NCBI GenBank assembly: GCA_964549785.1
Contig: CAZJXA010000001.1
Coordinates: 4,083 to 62,074, forward strand
Reading direction: 5' to 3'
DNA length: 57,992 nt
DNA from: an uncultured Phycisphaeraceae bacterium
Lineage (GTDB): Bacteria; Planctomycetota; Phycisphaerae; Phycisphaerales; UBA1924
Every line of letters starts with the position of its first letter. The first letter of the stretch is position 1. The translations under genes and the position numbers were made by a program. Shown piece by piece: positions 36,702 through 45,509 of this stretch. Below the pieces are notes generated by a model. That model was not told the DNA's origin and did not search any database. It worked only from the letters and a program-made list of their open reading frames with translations.

Positions 36702-37247
36702 TCAACGCAGACGCCCGATTCTCGGGTCCGCGCCCCGTTGCTCAAACGGAACGAGGTCGCGCGGTGTCACGCCGATATCCAGCAGGCAGAACTCGCGCCC
36801 GCATTCGGGGCACCGGACGAACCGATTGGCCGGGTCATTGCCAAGGCCGACGGTTCGGATCGGAAGCCCTGTCAGGCTCTGCCCGCACTTGGGGCAGTTG
36901 GAACGCCGGACTTCGCGGCGGATTCCCCACCAAAGGGCGGCGTCGCGCACCAACAGCCACGTCAGCCCGGACACGAGCACCCCGCTGACCACGTACACAA
37001 TCAGGACGCCCTCGGTGGAAGTGGGAAGCGGGATAAATCTGCGGACGGGCAGCCATGTGTACCCCGCGGGCCAGCCGCTGAACCACATGATGGAGGCCAG
37101 AACCGTGAGGGTTCGCGGCAGCCTCCCGAGCCAGACCGGGCTGTTCGCCCACGCGTCGCGGACGTAGCGTTCGCACTCCGCGTCGGAAAGGTGGTCGAGT
37201 TCCGAGAACGCGCGATGGACCTTCCGAAATGGGATGAAGACGGCCAC
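36702..37247 (-). CDS. membrane protein with C-terminal zinc-ribbon (CPKCG...CPECG)
   Basis: MAVFIPFRKVH.... Two or three TM helices (LTVLASIMWFSGW, VLIVYVVSGVLVSGLTWLLV), then CPKCGQSL...RCPECGREF. The overlapping + strand ORF 36388..37167 is rejected. Confidence 0.65.
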   Translation of the reverse strand: MAVFIPFRKVHRAFSELDHLSDAECERYVRDAWANSPVWLGRLPRTLTVLASIMWFSGWPAGYTWLPVRRFIPLPTSTEGVLIVYVVSGVLVSGLTWLLVRDAALWWGIRREVRRSNCPKCGQSLTGLPIRTVGLGNDPANRFVRCPECGREFCLLDIGVTPRDLVPFEQRGADPRIGRLR

Positions 37248-37447
37248 GGTGTATTAAAGGCGCGGACGGCGGAATCAACGTTTCAGTCGGAACTCCGCTT
37301 CGATTGCCGCGCCATCGTTGTCCCGCTTAAAACTACCCACCAGCAGCCTTCCGGATCGTTCCGCGACGCCGGACAGTGAGGAACGTCTGCCGGAGCCGTA
37401 ATCGACGGTGGCGAGAGAACCTCAACAAGCCCGACTCAATACGTGTT

Positions 37448-38794
37448 TCACGAGCGGCGGGTTTCCGGAGCCCTGAAAAGCCCGGGTTCGATGGCCGCCT
37501 TCCGCCCTCGTTCCTCATTGATAAACAGCGACGCCACCAGCCCCGCGGCAAAGAAGGCCGTCAACACAACCAGGCTCCAGTCGATCCCGATGTGGTCCTT
37601 CACGAGCGCGAAGGGGACGGTCCCGACGGCCGCGAGTTTGAAGACCATGCCCCACAGCCCGAACAGTTCGCCGGACCTACTTGGCGGGGTAAGGAATCCG
37701 ACGAAGGCGCGGTTCGCGGAGCCCAGCGACCCGAGGCCGACCCCGATGAAGTTCCCGAAGAGCCAGAGCGGCCAACGCGGGAAGGTGGCGGGGTCGGGGG
37801 CCCGCACGAAGGCAAAGGCGTAGGCGGCGAAGCCAGCGGTGACGAGGGTCCAGAACCCGAGCAAGATGACCGTCGTTCGTTTGTGCCCGATCCGGTCCTG
37901 GAAGAGTGTTGGAATCAGTGTGCCGACGACTCCTGAAACCGTGACCACAGCGACAAACCCGACGAGTTCGACGGCCTCGAAGCCAAAGTCGCCTGCGATG
38001 ATCGATGCGAAGGCGACGATGACGCTCATGCCGGTGCCGTAAAAGAGCGAGGCCACCAGCAGAACGGCGAGGTCGCGGAATTCGCCGATGGAGCGCACCG
38101 TGGCGGCGAGCCGATGCAAGGCTTCGCCGATGGCGACCCCGGTAGCACCCGACGGCGCTGCGCGTTCGCGCAGCATGATTGCGGTAGGGATCATGAACGC
38201 CATGAACCACACCCCGGCGAAGATGAAGAACGGCCGCCAATCGACCTCGGCCTTCCAATTGAACGCGAACATGCCGGCGACGGTAAGGATCAACAGCAGC
38301 AACGCAGCGCTGTAGGCGCACGCCCACGAAAAGCCCGAGATGCGTCCGAAATCATGCTTGCCGGCGAGTTCGGGCAGGAACGAGGCGAGAAAATTCTCGC
38401 CGAGGTTGAAGAGAATGTTGGCGGGGATGTAGACCGCCGCGATCAACACTGCATCGCCCGGCGGAATCACCCCGAGGAGGCAGGTGAGCAGCGCGCAGCC
38501 GACCCCGCTCCCGATCAGCCAGCGTTTCTTGGTCGCCCGCGCATCAGCCACCGCACCCGCAATCGGCGAGATGAAAACCACCGCGAGCATGCTCCCCGCG
38601 AAGACCAGAGACCACTGAGTGTTGGCGGTTTTGGAACTTCCGAGAGTGACCGTGGTGAAGTACTTTGAAAAAAGGAGCGTGTTGATCAGCAGCGTGAACG
38701 ATTGGTTCGCAACGTCGAACGAGATCCACGACCACACCTGTCGCTGGTTCGGAAGGCCGCGGAGGGGATACAGGTTCGGCGTGGGCATGTTCAT
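37448..38794 (-). CDS. MFS transporter (UMF1/Atg22-like family)
   Basis: ATG 38794 forms an ATGA overlap with the upstream hydrolase stop. QVWSWISFDVANQSFTLLINTLLFSKYF is typical of the UMF1 family. About 12 TM segments. Confidence 0.85.
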   Translation of the reverse strand: MNMPTPNLYPLRGLPNQRQVWSWISFDVANQSFTLLINTLLFSKYFTTVTLGSSKTANTQWSLVFAGSMLAVVFISPIAGAVADARATKKRWLIGSGVGCALLTCLLGVIPPGDAVLIAAVYIPANILFNLGENFLASFLPELAGKHDFGRISGFSWACAYSAALLLLILTVAGMFAFNWKAEVDWRPFFIFAGVWFMAFMIPTAIMLRERAAPSGATGVAIGEALHRLAATVRSIGEFRDLAVLLVASLFYGTGMSVIVAFASIIAGDFGFEAVELVGFVAVVTVSGVVGTLIPTLFQDRIGHKRTTVILLGFWTLVTAGFAAYAFAFVRAPDPATFPRWPLWLFGNFIGVGLGSLGSANRAFVGFLTPPSRSGELFGLWGMVFKLAAVGTVPFALVKDHIGIDWSLVVLTAFFAAGLVASLFINEERGRKAAIEPGLFRAPETRRS

Positions 38795-39618
38795 AACGGA
38801 GGCGGCGGCTCTGCCCCGAGGTGGCGTGCGAAAAATTCGGTCTGAATGTTCTTGGCGTCGTTTGAGACGTTCCCGAAGCCGTTGTGCTCGAACGGGGCGC
38901 CCGTGCGGGGCCACGAGACAAGTTGGATCATTGCGGGGTCGGCGTCGGCGGATTCATAATGAACGCGAAGGCGCGCGGCAAACTCGCGGGCCGTGCTGAA
39001 GGGCACCAGTTCGTCGCTTTCACTGTGAAGCATCAGAAGCGGGACCGGGCTAAACCCCGCGAGGTGGGCCGAGGCGTCGACGCTGCGGACGCGATCCCGG
39101 TCATCTGAACGGATTCGCGGCGGGGAACCGTCGGCGGGGAAGTACAACCCCTCCAGCCACCCTGTGGTCCCCTCTACCGCAGCGCACGCGAAGGGATGAG
39201 GCTCGCAGAGCCGGCGCAACGCGGCCATGCCGCCCGCGGACATCCCTCCAATCCCAAGCCGAGTGAGATCGAACACCCCGTCCCAGAAAGGCGAACCGAG
39301 ATTCCCGACCACGCCGTCGATTTCGCCGACCATCCGCGCCAGAACCCCCGGTGTGCCGCCAGCCTGCTGACCGGAAGGATCGCCGCGTTCGCCATGATCT
39401 GGCAAGTCGATCGAGCAGGCGGCGACGCCGGCCCGTATCCATCGCAGGAACCGGCCGGGGTCGATTTCCTTGTGGGCTGTCCTTCCGTGCATCCACAGAA
39501 CCGTCGGACACGAGGTTCTCCAGTCCGGGTGGGCCAGGAGAACCGGGATATCCCCGAATCGCGTAGCCCGGGAGCGTTCGGCCAGAGATCTCGGAAAGTT
39601 GGCAAACCGCTCGATCAT
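38791..39618 (-). CDS. alpha/beta hydrolase (dienelactone hydrolase / prolyl oligopeptidase-like)
   Basis: ATG 39618 (MIERFANFPRS...). Nucleophile elbow GGMSAGG. ...LMLHSESDELVP... and ...HNGF supply the Asp/His region. Confidence 0.8.
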   Translation of the reverse strand: MIERFANFPRSLAERSRATRFGDIPVLLAHPDWRTSCPTVLWMHGRTAHKEIDPGRFLRWIRAGVAACSIDLPDHGERGDPSGQQAGGTPGVLARMVGEIDGVVGNLGSPFWDGVFDLTRLGIGGMSAGGMAALRRLCEPHPFACAAVEGTTGWLEGLYFPADGSPPRIRSDDRDRVRSVDASAHLAGFSPVPLLMLHSESDELVPFSTAREFAARLRVHYESADADPAMIQLVSWPRTGAPFEHNGFGNVSNDAKNIQTEFFARHLGAEPPPPL

Positions 39619-39661
39619 CGCGCGGCCGCACCGGGGAGCGCCGAGCGGCACGGAGCGATGT

Positions 39662-41089
39662 TCACAGCATCACCCGCTGCCCCGGGGCGATGCTCGTCGG
39701 CAGCGTCTGGCCCGCCAGATCCTCCGCTCCCGCCGCGGTCAGCGGTGAGATTTCGATCACCGCATTCACCGCTCCGTCACCCTTGCGTTCCACCGCGACG
39801 CCCCGTTGAGCCAGCCAGCGGGCCGCCCGCTCGGTTTGGAGTGTGTGGCAGGTCGCCGCGCTGTCCGTGCCGGTCGCGTTCTTGATGGGCGCGAATTCCT
39901 CCACGCGGTCGGTTTCCATCACGATCGAACCGCCGCACATCGCGAGTGCATCAAAGATGAATCGCTCAAGTTTCACCCCGTTGTTCGTGGCGGGAGCGAT
40001 CGTCTCTCCCGACGTCACATCGACGAACGGAATCTTCTTCTCGGCCCGGTGATAGGGGAGCGCGGAACCCGAATCGGTCGCCAACTTCTCAATAAAAGCG
40101 GTGGAAATCATGTGGATCGCGATCGATCCCGCGATGAACCGCAGCGATCCATCCGGCAGACGTTCATGCTGCAACGCCCGCGGCAGGTCGGAATATTCAA
40201 TGACCTCGGTCTTCCCATTGCTCATGCAGAAGACGCCCACCTTTTCATCCGGGTCGGCCTTCGGGATCATCTTGCTCGACATCTCGCCCGACGAATCCGG
40301 TGCCGAGGTGTGCAGACCGATGAACACCGGATCCACGATGCGAACGTGCGGGTTATCGACTTGGAAGTAACTGATGTGCTCGACGCCCCGCCTCTGCAAG
40401 TCGGCGAGTGCGTGCTTCGCGATGGCACCCACCGCCCCCCCATGGCCGTCGGGGTTGGTGGCCACCTCGCCCTTCTCGGAAAGCAGGATTTTGCCGGTCG
40501 CGGAGTCGAACGAAGGCAATATCCCTTGCGAAAAGAACATGATGTCACTCTTGGGAAGTCCGAAGTGAGCATGGGCCTCAAAGAACTCCACCGTTGCGGC
40601 ATGATTGAGCGGGCTGGTCATCACGTACCACGGGATCGCCGCCCCGTACACGCTCCGGGCACGCCGAATCTGCTCCGCGAAGATCTGGAAGAGACTTTTT
40701 CCACTGATCGCCCCCGCCGGGTAACAGCCCTTCGGACCCTCGAATCCCAGCCGGCTTCCCTGCCCGCCGGCGACCACGAACGCGGCCACCTTGCCCGCAC
40801 GAATCAGCCCTTCGCCAACCCTCCGAAAATGGTCGCGGTCCCACGACCGCTCGGCCGAAGCCGCGTCCCACGGGTAATACCGCGCGGGTTCGAGGTTCGG
40901 CGGCAAGGCGAAGCCGGGCTTGGATTTGACATAGTCGCGGACCAGCCCGGGCACGGAAGCGAGATCCAAGTCGGCGACTTGGTCCAACAGGCGCGTTCGG
41001 GAATGCTCATCCAACGACCTTGCGAACGTGAGGAGGTGGCCCTGCCCAACTTCGTCCAGCCGCTTCGTGACGTCCGCCAAAATGGTCAT
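39662..41089 (-). CDS. UDPGP-family UDP-sugar pyrophosphorylase (eukaryote-type UAP1/USP-like)
   Basis: AFVVAGGQGSRLGFEGPKGCYP (nucleotide-binding loop), ...PWYVMTS..., ...NPDGHGG..., ...YFQVDNP... match the UDP-N-acetylglucosamine / UDP-sugar pyrophosphorylase type-1 family. Confidence 0.85.
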   Translation of the reverse strand: MTILADVTKRLDEVGQGHLLTFARSLDEHSRTRLLDQVADLDLASVPGLVRDYVKSKPGFALPPNLEPARYYPWDAASAERSWDRDHFRRVGEGLIRAGKVAAFVVAGGQGSRLGFEGPKGCYPAGAISGKSLFQIFAEQIRRARSVYGAAIPWYVMTSPLNHAATVEFFEAHAHFGLPKSDIMFFSQGILPSFDSATGKILLSEKGEVATNPDGHGGAVGAIAKHALADLQRRGVEHISYFQVDNPHVRIVDPVFIGLHTSAPDSSGEMSSKMIPKADPDEKVGVFCMSNGKTEVIEYSDLPRALQHERLPDGSLRFIAGSIAIHMISTAFIEKLATDSGSALPYHRAEKKIPFVDVTSGETIAPATNNGVKLERFIFDALAMCGGSIVMETDRVEEFAPIKNATGTDSAATCHTLQTERAARWLAQRGVAVERKGDGAVNAVIEISPLTAAGAEDLAGQTLPTSIAPGQRVML

Positions 41090-41244
41090 CCGTGATTTCT
41101 CCCAAGGTACGGCGCGGTCAAGCCGAACGCTGTCTACGTAGGCCGCTTTCCGCCGCCCCGCCGCCTCGCGTGCCCGACGCCCGATCCCGATTGCCCTCCG
41201 CAGATGGTAGCAATTCTCCGCTTCGCTACAGTCGTCCTCGATCT

Positions 41245-41928
41245 ATGAAACGCTTCCCACCGCGCCGCACGCTCATCGCACCGTCCATTCTCTCGGCCGA
41301 TTTCGGCCGGATGGCCGACGACTGCACGCACGTCTTGGCCGCCGGAGCCGACCTTCTTCATATCGACGTCATGGACGGCCATTTCGCCCCCAACCTCACC
41401 ATGGGACCGGACATGTGCAAGGCCCTGCGACGGCATCTGCCGGCGACCTACCTCGACGTTCACCTCATGGTGGAGCACCCTGAACGATTTGTCCGGCCGT
41501 TCGCCTCCGCGGGGGCGAATCTGTTCACCTTCCACGTCGAGGCCGCCTCGCTCGACGATGCCTTCCGATTGATCGACGCTGTCCACGCCGCCGGAATGGA
41601 CGCTGGCGTGGCACTCAACCCCGCGACGCCGGTGAGCACCCTTGATCCGTTCATCGCGCGGGCCGATCTGTTCCTGGTGATGTCCGTCAATCCCGGGTAT
41701 TCCGGGCAGGCGTTCATCCCCGAATCGATTAATAAGACCCGTCAACTGCGGGCGGTTTGCCCGAACATCCGAATCCAGATGGACGGCGGGCTCGGCCCAT
41801 ATAATGCCGCCACCGCTCGGGATGCCGGATGCGACGTGCTGGTTGCCGGTTCCGCGCTGTTCCGGCTTCCCCCGGAAAATCGCGCAGTCTGCATTCGGGA
41901 ACTCCGAGGGGAAGACTCAAGCGTGTAA
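41245..41928 (+). CDS. rpe: ribulose-phosphate 3-epimerase
   Basis: ATG 41245 (MKRFPPRRTLIAPSILSADFGRMADD...HIDVMDGHFAPNLT...VHLMV...VMSVNPGYSGQAF...DGG...). Confidence 0.92.
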   Translation: MKRFPPRRTLIAPSILSADFGRMADDCTHVLAAGADLLHIDVMDGHFAPNLTMGPDMCKALRRHLPATYLDVHLMVEHPERFVRPFASAGANLFTFHVEAASLDDAFRLIDAVHAAGMDAGVALNPATPVSTLDPFIARADLFLVMSVNPGYSGQAFIPESINKTRQLRAVCPNIRIQMDGGLGPYNAATARDAGCDVLVAGSALFRLPPENRAVCIRELRGEDSSV

Positions 41929-42035
41929 TTATAGGAACCTGTTAGGAATCTCAACCGACAGGTTGTTGACCTCACCTTTGTGCTACGATTTGTTCGCGGC
42001 ACTTGGGCCATCTCGCCGGGTCACCCACCACCAGA

Positions 42036-42698
42036 ATGAAGAAATCGCGCTTCGTCTCCGTCCTCTTGGTGAACGCCGGTCCCACGCTGTGGGATTTGCA
42101 GGGGCGATTCGGCGGCAGCGCTGACGTCCCGCTTTCGGACGAAGCCGTCGCTCGGATAACGGCGCTCGCCGCGACGTATCGAGGCAAGATCGCTTCGCTG
42201 TGCTGTGGCCCAGAAACGGCCTGTCGCGAAGCCTCACTACTGATGTCTCCGTCGCGGCCCAAGCCGCGTGAGTTGAACGACTTGCGCGAGCCCGAAATCG
42301 GCCTTTGGCAAGGAATGTTGGACACCGAACTCGAACGCCGATATCCCTCTTGCTTCGACTCCTGGCGGACGGACCCGGCAAGCGTCAGCATCCCGTCGGG
42401 TGAGGAATGGATGAAAGCGTCGCGCCGCCTCGTCGAGTCGTTGTTGAAAGAAGGCGATCGACTGGCCGATGGCGAGGCACGCCATCTGGCGGTGGTCGTC
42501 CGGCCGCTGGCGTGGGCGGAACTCATCCGGGTCGCAACCCGGCGGGCAACGTCCGATATCGGCGGAATTCTGTCGGGGTCGAGCGACCTCAGCCCCCTTC
42601 TGCTCGATGCTCATCGGCTCCGCGATTCCCTTGCCGAGGCGGCGGCCGACCCGGCGCCACGCGTGCGGCGCCCCCTTCAACGCCTCTTGGGTACCTAG
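42036..42698 (+). CDS. histidine-phosphatase (phosphoglycerate mutase-like) fold protein, catalytic RHG motif lost
   Basis: ATG 42036. VSVLLVNAGPTLWDLQGRFGGSADVPLSDEAV aligns to I-L-RHGET-WN--GR-QG--D-PL---G, with RH replaced by NA. ...EPEIGLWQGMLDTELERRYP is retained. Confidence 0.65.
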   Translation: MKKSRFVSVLLVNAGPTLWDLQGRFGGSADVPLSDEAVARITALAATYRGKIASLCCGPETACREASLLMSPSRPKPRELNDLREPEIGLWQGMLDTELERRYPSCFDSWRTDPASVSIPSGEEWMKASRRLVESLLKEGDRLADGEARHLAVVVRPLAWAELIRVATRRATSDIGGILSGSSDLSPLLLDAHRLRDSLAEAAADPAPRVRRPLQRLLGT

Positions 42699-42763
42699 AT
42701 TTTGGATCACTCGGAGATGGGCAGGACGCCTTGATCCGCTTCTTTCAGACAGGAAACGCAACC

Positions 42764-43633
42764 ATGGCCAAATCGGCCGTCCCCTCCTCACCCGCCACCC
42801 CTGCCGCACGGACGTGGACGGAAGTTCGGCCGCAACGAGTCGCGGCCATCCCGGAAGGCCTCTGGCTTCGCTGCCCGTCGTGCGGCAAGATGGTGTACCG
42901 ACGGCACTTGGAGGGGAATCAGCACGTCTGCCCGGAGTGCGACTTTCACCACCGAATCTCCGCCACCGAGCGGGTCAGCCAGCTCTCCGACCCGGGCTCG
43001 TTTGTGCCTCTGTTCGCGAACCTTCGGCCCACCGATCCGTTGCAGTTTCGCGATCTCAAGGCTTACTCCGACCGGCTTTTGAGTGAGCAGATCAAGACCG
43101 GCACGGTGGATGCGATCAAGGCCGGTCGCCTGTTCATCAAGGGTCGAGAAGCCCTCATCTGCTGCCTTGATCTGACCTTCATGATGGGATCGATGGGCAG
43201 CGTTGTCGGTGAAACCATCACCCGCACCATTGAGGAAGCGACGCGGGCCGGACTGCCCTTGGTGATCGTCAGTTGTTCCGGCGGTGCTCGGATGCAGGAG
43301 AGCGGCCTTTCCCTGATGCAGATGGCGAAGACCAGCGCGGCACTGGCCCGCTTCGACGATCGCGGCGGGCTCTTTATCTCGGTGCTCACCGATCCCACAA
43401 CCGGCGGCGTAACCGCCTCGTTCGCGATGCTGGGGGACGTGATCTTCGCCGAACCCAACGCCCTGATCGGCTTTGCCGGACCACGCGTGATCCAGCAAAC
43501 CATCCGCCAGGAACTCCCCGAGGGCTTCCAGCGGTCGGAATTCCTGCTGAAATCCGGGCTCGTCGATCGCGTGGTTTCACGCAAAGACCTCCGCACCGAG
43601 ATCGCCCGCACTATCGACTACGCTGGCAAATGA
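42764..43633 (+). CDS. accD: acetyl-CoA carboxylase carboxyltransferase subunit beta
   Basis: ATG 42764. Zn ribbon CPSCGKMVYRRHLEGNQHVCPECDFHHR, then ...MGSMGSVVGE...SCSGGARMQE.... The ORF-track 5' extension (42407) overlaps the previous gene. Confidence 0.92.
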   Translation: MAKSAVPSSPATPAARTWTEVRPQRVAAIPEGLWLRCPSCGKMVYRRHLEGNQHVCPECDFHHRISATERVSQLSDPGSFVPLFANLRPTDPLQFRDLKAYSDRLLSEQIKTGTVDAIKAGRLFIKGREALICCLDLTFMMGSMGSVVGETITRTIEEATRAGLPLVIVSCSGGARMQESGLSLMQMAKTSAALARFDDRGGLFISVLTDPTTGGVTASFAMLGDVIFAEPNALIGFAGPRVIQQTIRQELPEGFQRSEFLLKSGLVDRVVSRKDLRTEIARTIDYAGK

Positions 43634-45468
43634 CCGGCCCCGCCGCACGGCTCGAATCCGGTGCTCCCGCCGGGTCTTGGCGGGCCGGGGTGGTGCCCGC
43701 CGTCTGGCTGTTCGGACACTCCGCGCTGATGACCGCGGCGTCGCCGATTGCAACGACGGTGGGGCTGTGGCCATTCGCCGTGGTCGCGATGATCCCGTGT
43801 CTGGTGGCCGCCCGGAAACTTGCGAATTCATCGTTCAGGGCCGTGCTTGTCGCAGCCTTGGGGTTCGTGCCGTGGTGGCTCGTCACTCACGCGTGGCTTC
43901 TCAACGTTACTATCGCGGGGGTCGTTTTCCTTCCGTTCATTCTGGCCGCCTTCGACGCCGTAGCCGTGTACGCGACGGCTCGGCTCACACGCAGCTATCC
44001 CGCGCTCGGGTTGGTCGCCTTCCCGATTCTTTGGACCGGCCTCAATTTCTTCCGCGGCGAAATCGCGATGCACGGGTACGCGTGGGGATGGGTTTCGCAC
44101 CCCTTGATCGACGCCCCGTGGCTGGCCGCCCCGGCGTGCCTCGTCGGAACCTACGGGATCACATTCCTTCTGGCGTCCTTGGCGAGCGCGATCGTCCACG
44201 CCGCGAATACGACCGGCCCCAAGCGGCTGGCCGCTCCGTTGGCCGTTGGCTTGGCGTGGGCGGTCTTGTCGTGGATCGGGCTTGAGCAATCGCGCAGTGC
44301 AGTGGGGACCGATCCGGTGCAGATCGCCATCGTCCAGACGAACGTGCCGATGGACAACAAGCTGGATTGGACCGTCGACCAGGAAAACCGCGACTTCGAG
44401 CGATTCCGCGACCTGACGATGCGGGCCGTGGCGGATACTCCTGATACGCTCCGGCGTCCCGATCTCATCGTATGGCCCGAAACCATGGCCCCGGGCATGA
44501 CGCTGGCTCCGCAGGGGCTGAAGGCCCTGAACGACAACAACATCTTTGTCCGCCGGGCCGACGGCAGCCGGCAGTGGGCGACGTATTTCGCCGATTCCCT
44601 GCTCGACATGAGCCAGGCCGTGGCCACGCCTCTCATTGTGGGCGCCTCGTACATCGACAACCTGGTCATCACCACCGACGCCGACGACAAGGTCAGGATG
44701 GAAAGCGACGCCCGCTACAACGCGGCGTTTGTTCTCCGCGACGGCAAGATCGAGCGGCAGTGGTATTTCAAGCAACACCTCACCCCCTTTGGCGAGGTGA
44801 TGCCCTACATCTCCAATTGGCCGTGGCTCGAACGGCAACTGCTGTCGATCGGCGCGAAAGGCATGTCGTTCGACCTGGCCAGTGGCACGGAACCGACAAT
44901 TCTCACCGTCCCGACCCGAGATGGTCGCACGCTCCGCTGCGTGGCTCCCATCTGCTTTGAGTCCACCAACTCGCGATTGCTCCGTCGATTGGTCTATGCG
45001 GACGGTGCCCGCCGTGCCGACGTCATTGTCAACCTTACGAACGACGGCTGGTTCACCTTTTCCGACCTCACCCGCCGCCAGCATCTGCAGGCCGCCCGCT
45101 GGAGAAGCTTGGAAACGCTGACGCCGACCGTCCGGGCCGCGAACACAGGCGTTTCCGCCTTCATCGGGTTCGATGGCTCGCTGCTGGCTTCGGGCATCGA
45201 CGGTCATCCGGACGCGGTCGATATCGATGGGCTTCTGACAGGCTCCCTGACGTTTACAGATCGCGTCCCGCCGTTCGCCTTGACGGGGAACACGCTGGGC
45301 TTTTCGTGCTGTCTGCTGTCGGGCGTGTCGCTCGTGGGGATCGGATGGCGTGCCTTTCGCCGTCGCAAACGCGGTCGCCACCCCGATCCCGGCGATGCGA
45401 GTCCGCAGCCCAAGAATCCCGGTTCCAACAGTCGATCTCACGTCCCAGGGCCGCCCGAACCGACTTGA
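43630..45468 (+). CDS. lnt: apolipoprotein N-acyltransferase
   Basis: ATG 43630 forms an ATGA overlap with the accD stop. Multiple N-terminal TM helices, then a CN-hydrolase domain (IAIVQTN..., LIVWPET, YFKQHLTPFGE, VAPICFES). Confidence 0.88.
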   Translation: MTGPAARLESGAPAGSWRAGVVPAVWLFGHSALMTAASPIATTVGLWPFAVVAMIPCLVAARKLANSSFRAVLVAALGFVPWWLVTHAWLLNVTIAGVVFLPFILAAFDAVAVYATARLTRSYPALGLVAFPILWTGLNFFRGEIAMHGYAWGWVSHPLIDAPWLAAPACLVGTYGITFLLASLASAIVHAANTTGPKRLAAPLAVGLAWAVLSWIGLEQSRSAVGTDPVQIAIVQTNVPMDNKLDWTVDQENRDFERFRDLTMRAVADTPDTLRRPDLIVWPETMAPGMTLAPQGLKALNDNNIFVRRADGSRQWATYFADSLLDMSQAVATPLIVGASYIDNLVITTDADDKVRMESDARYNAAFVLRDGKIERQWYFKQHLTPFGEVMPYISNWPWLERQLLSIGAKGMSFDLASGTEPTILTVPTRDGRTLRCVAPICFESTNSRLLRRLVYADGARRADVIVNLTNDGWFTFSDLTRRQHLQAARWRSLETLTPTVRAANTGVSAFIGFDGSLLASGIDGHPDAVDIDGLLTGSLTFTDRVPPFALTGNTLGFSCCLLSGVSLVGIGWRAFRRRKRGRHPDPGDASPQPKNPGSNSRSHVPGPPEPT

Positions 45469-45509
45469 ATCAACACCCGTACGACCGCTCACCCGCTTGG
45501 GAACCATTC

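Noticed and set aside
36388-37167. 259-aa + strand ORF
   Set aside because: It overlaps the minus-strand gene 36702..37247, which has clear TM helices and a zinc ribbon. Its own product is Arg/Ser/Pro-rich with no features.
41940-41975. Weak hairpin (AACCTGT-N15-ACAGGTT) and TTGACC…TACGAT promoter-like hexamers between rpe and the phosphatase-like gene
   Set aside because: The stem is short with a large loop and has no U-tract. The hexamer spacing (12-15 nt) is off the 17-nt optimum. This is too weak to annotate.
43828-45507. Long antisense ORFs: 43828..45507(-), 54719..56356(-), 53973..55226(-), 23750..25108(-), 46652..47968(-), 1534..3060(-), 34850..35791(-), 14824..15870(+) and 39806..41095(+), among others
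   Set aside because: Each lies opposite a gene with clear family motifs. Their translations are Arg/Gly/Pro/Asp-rich with no domain features, which is the expected artefact of stop-codon scarcity in high-GC DNA.
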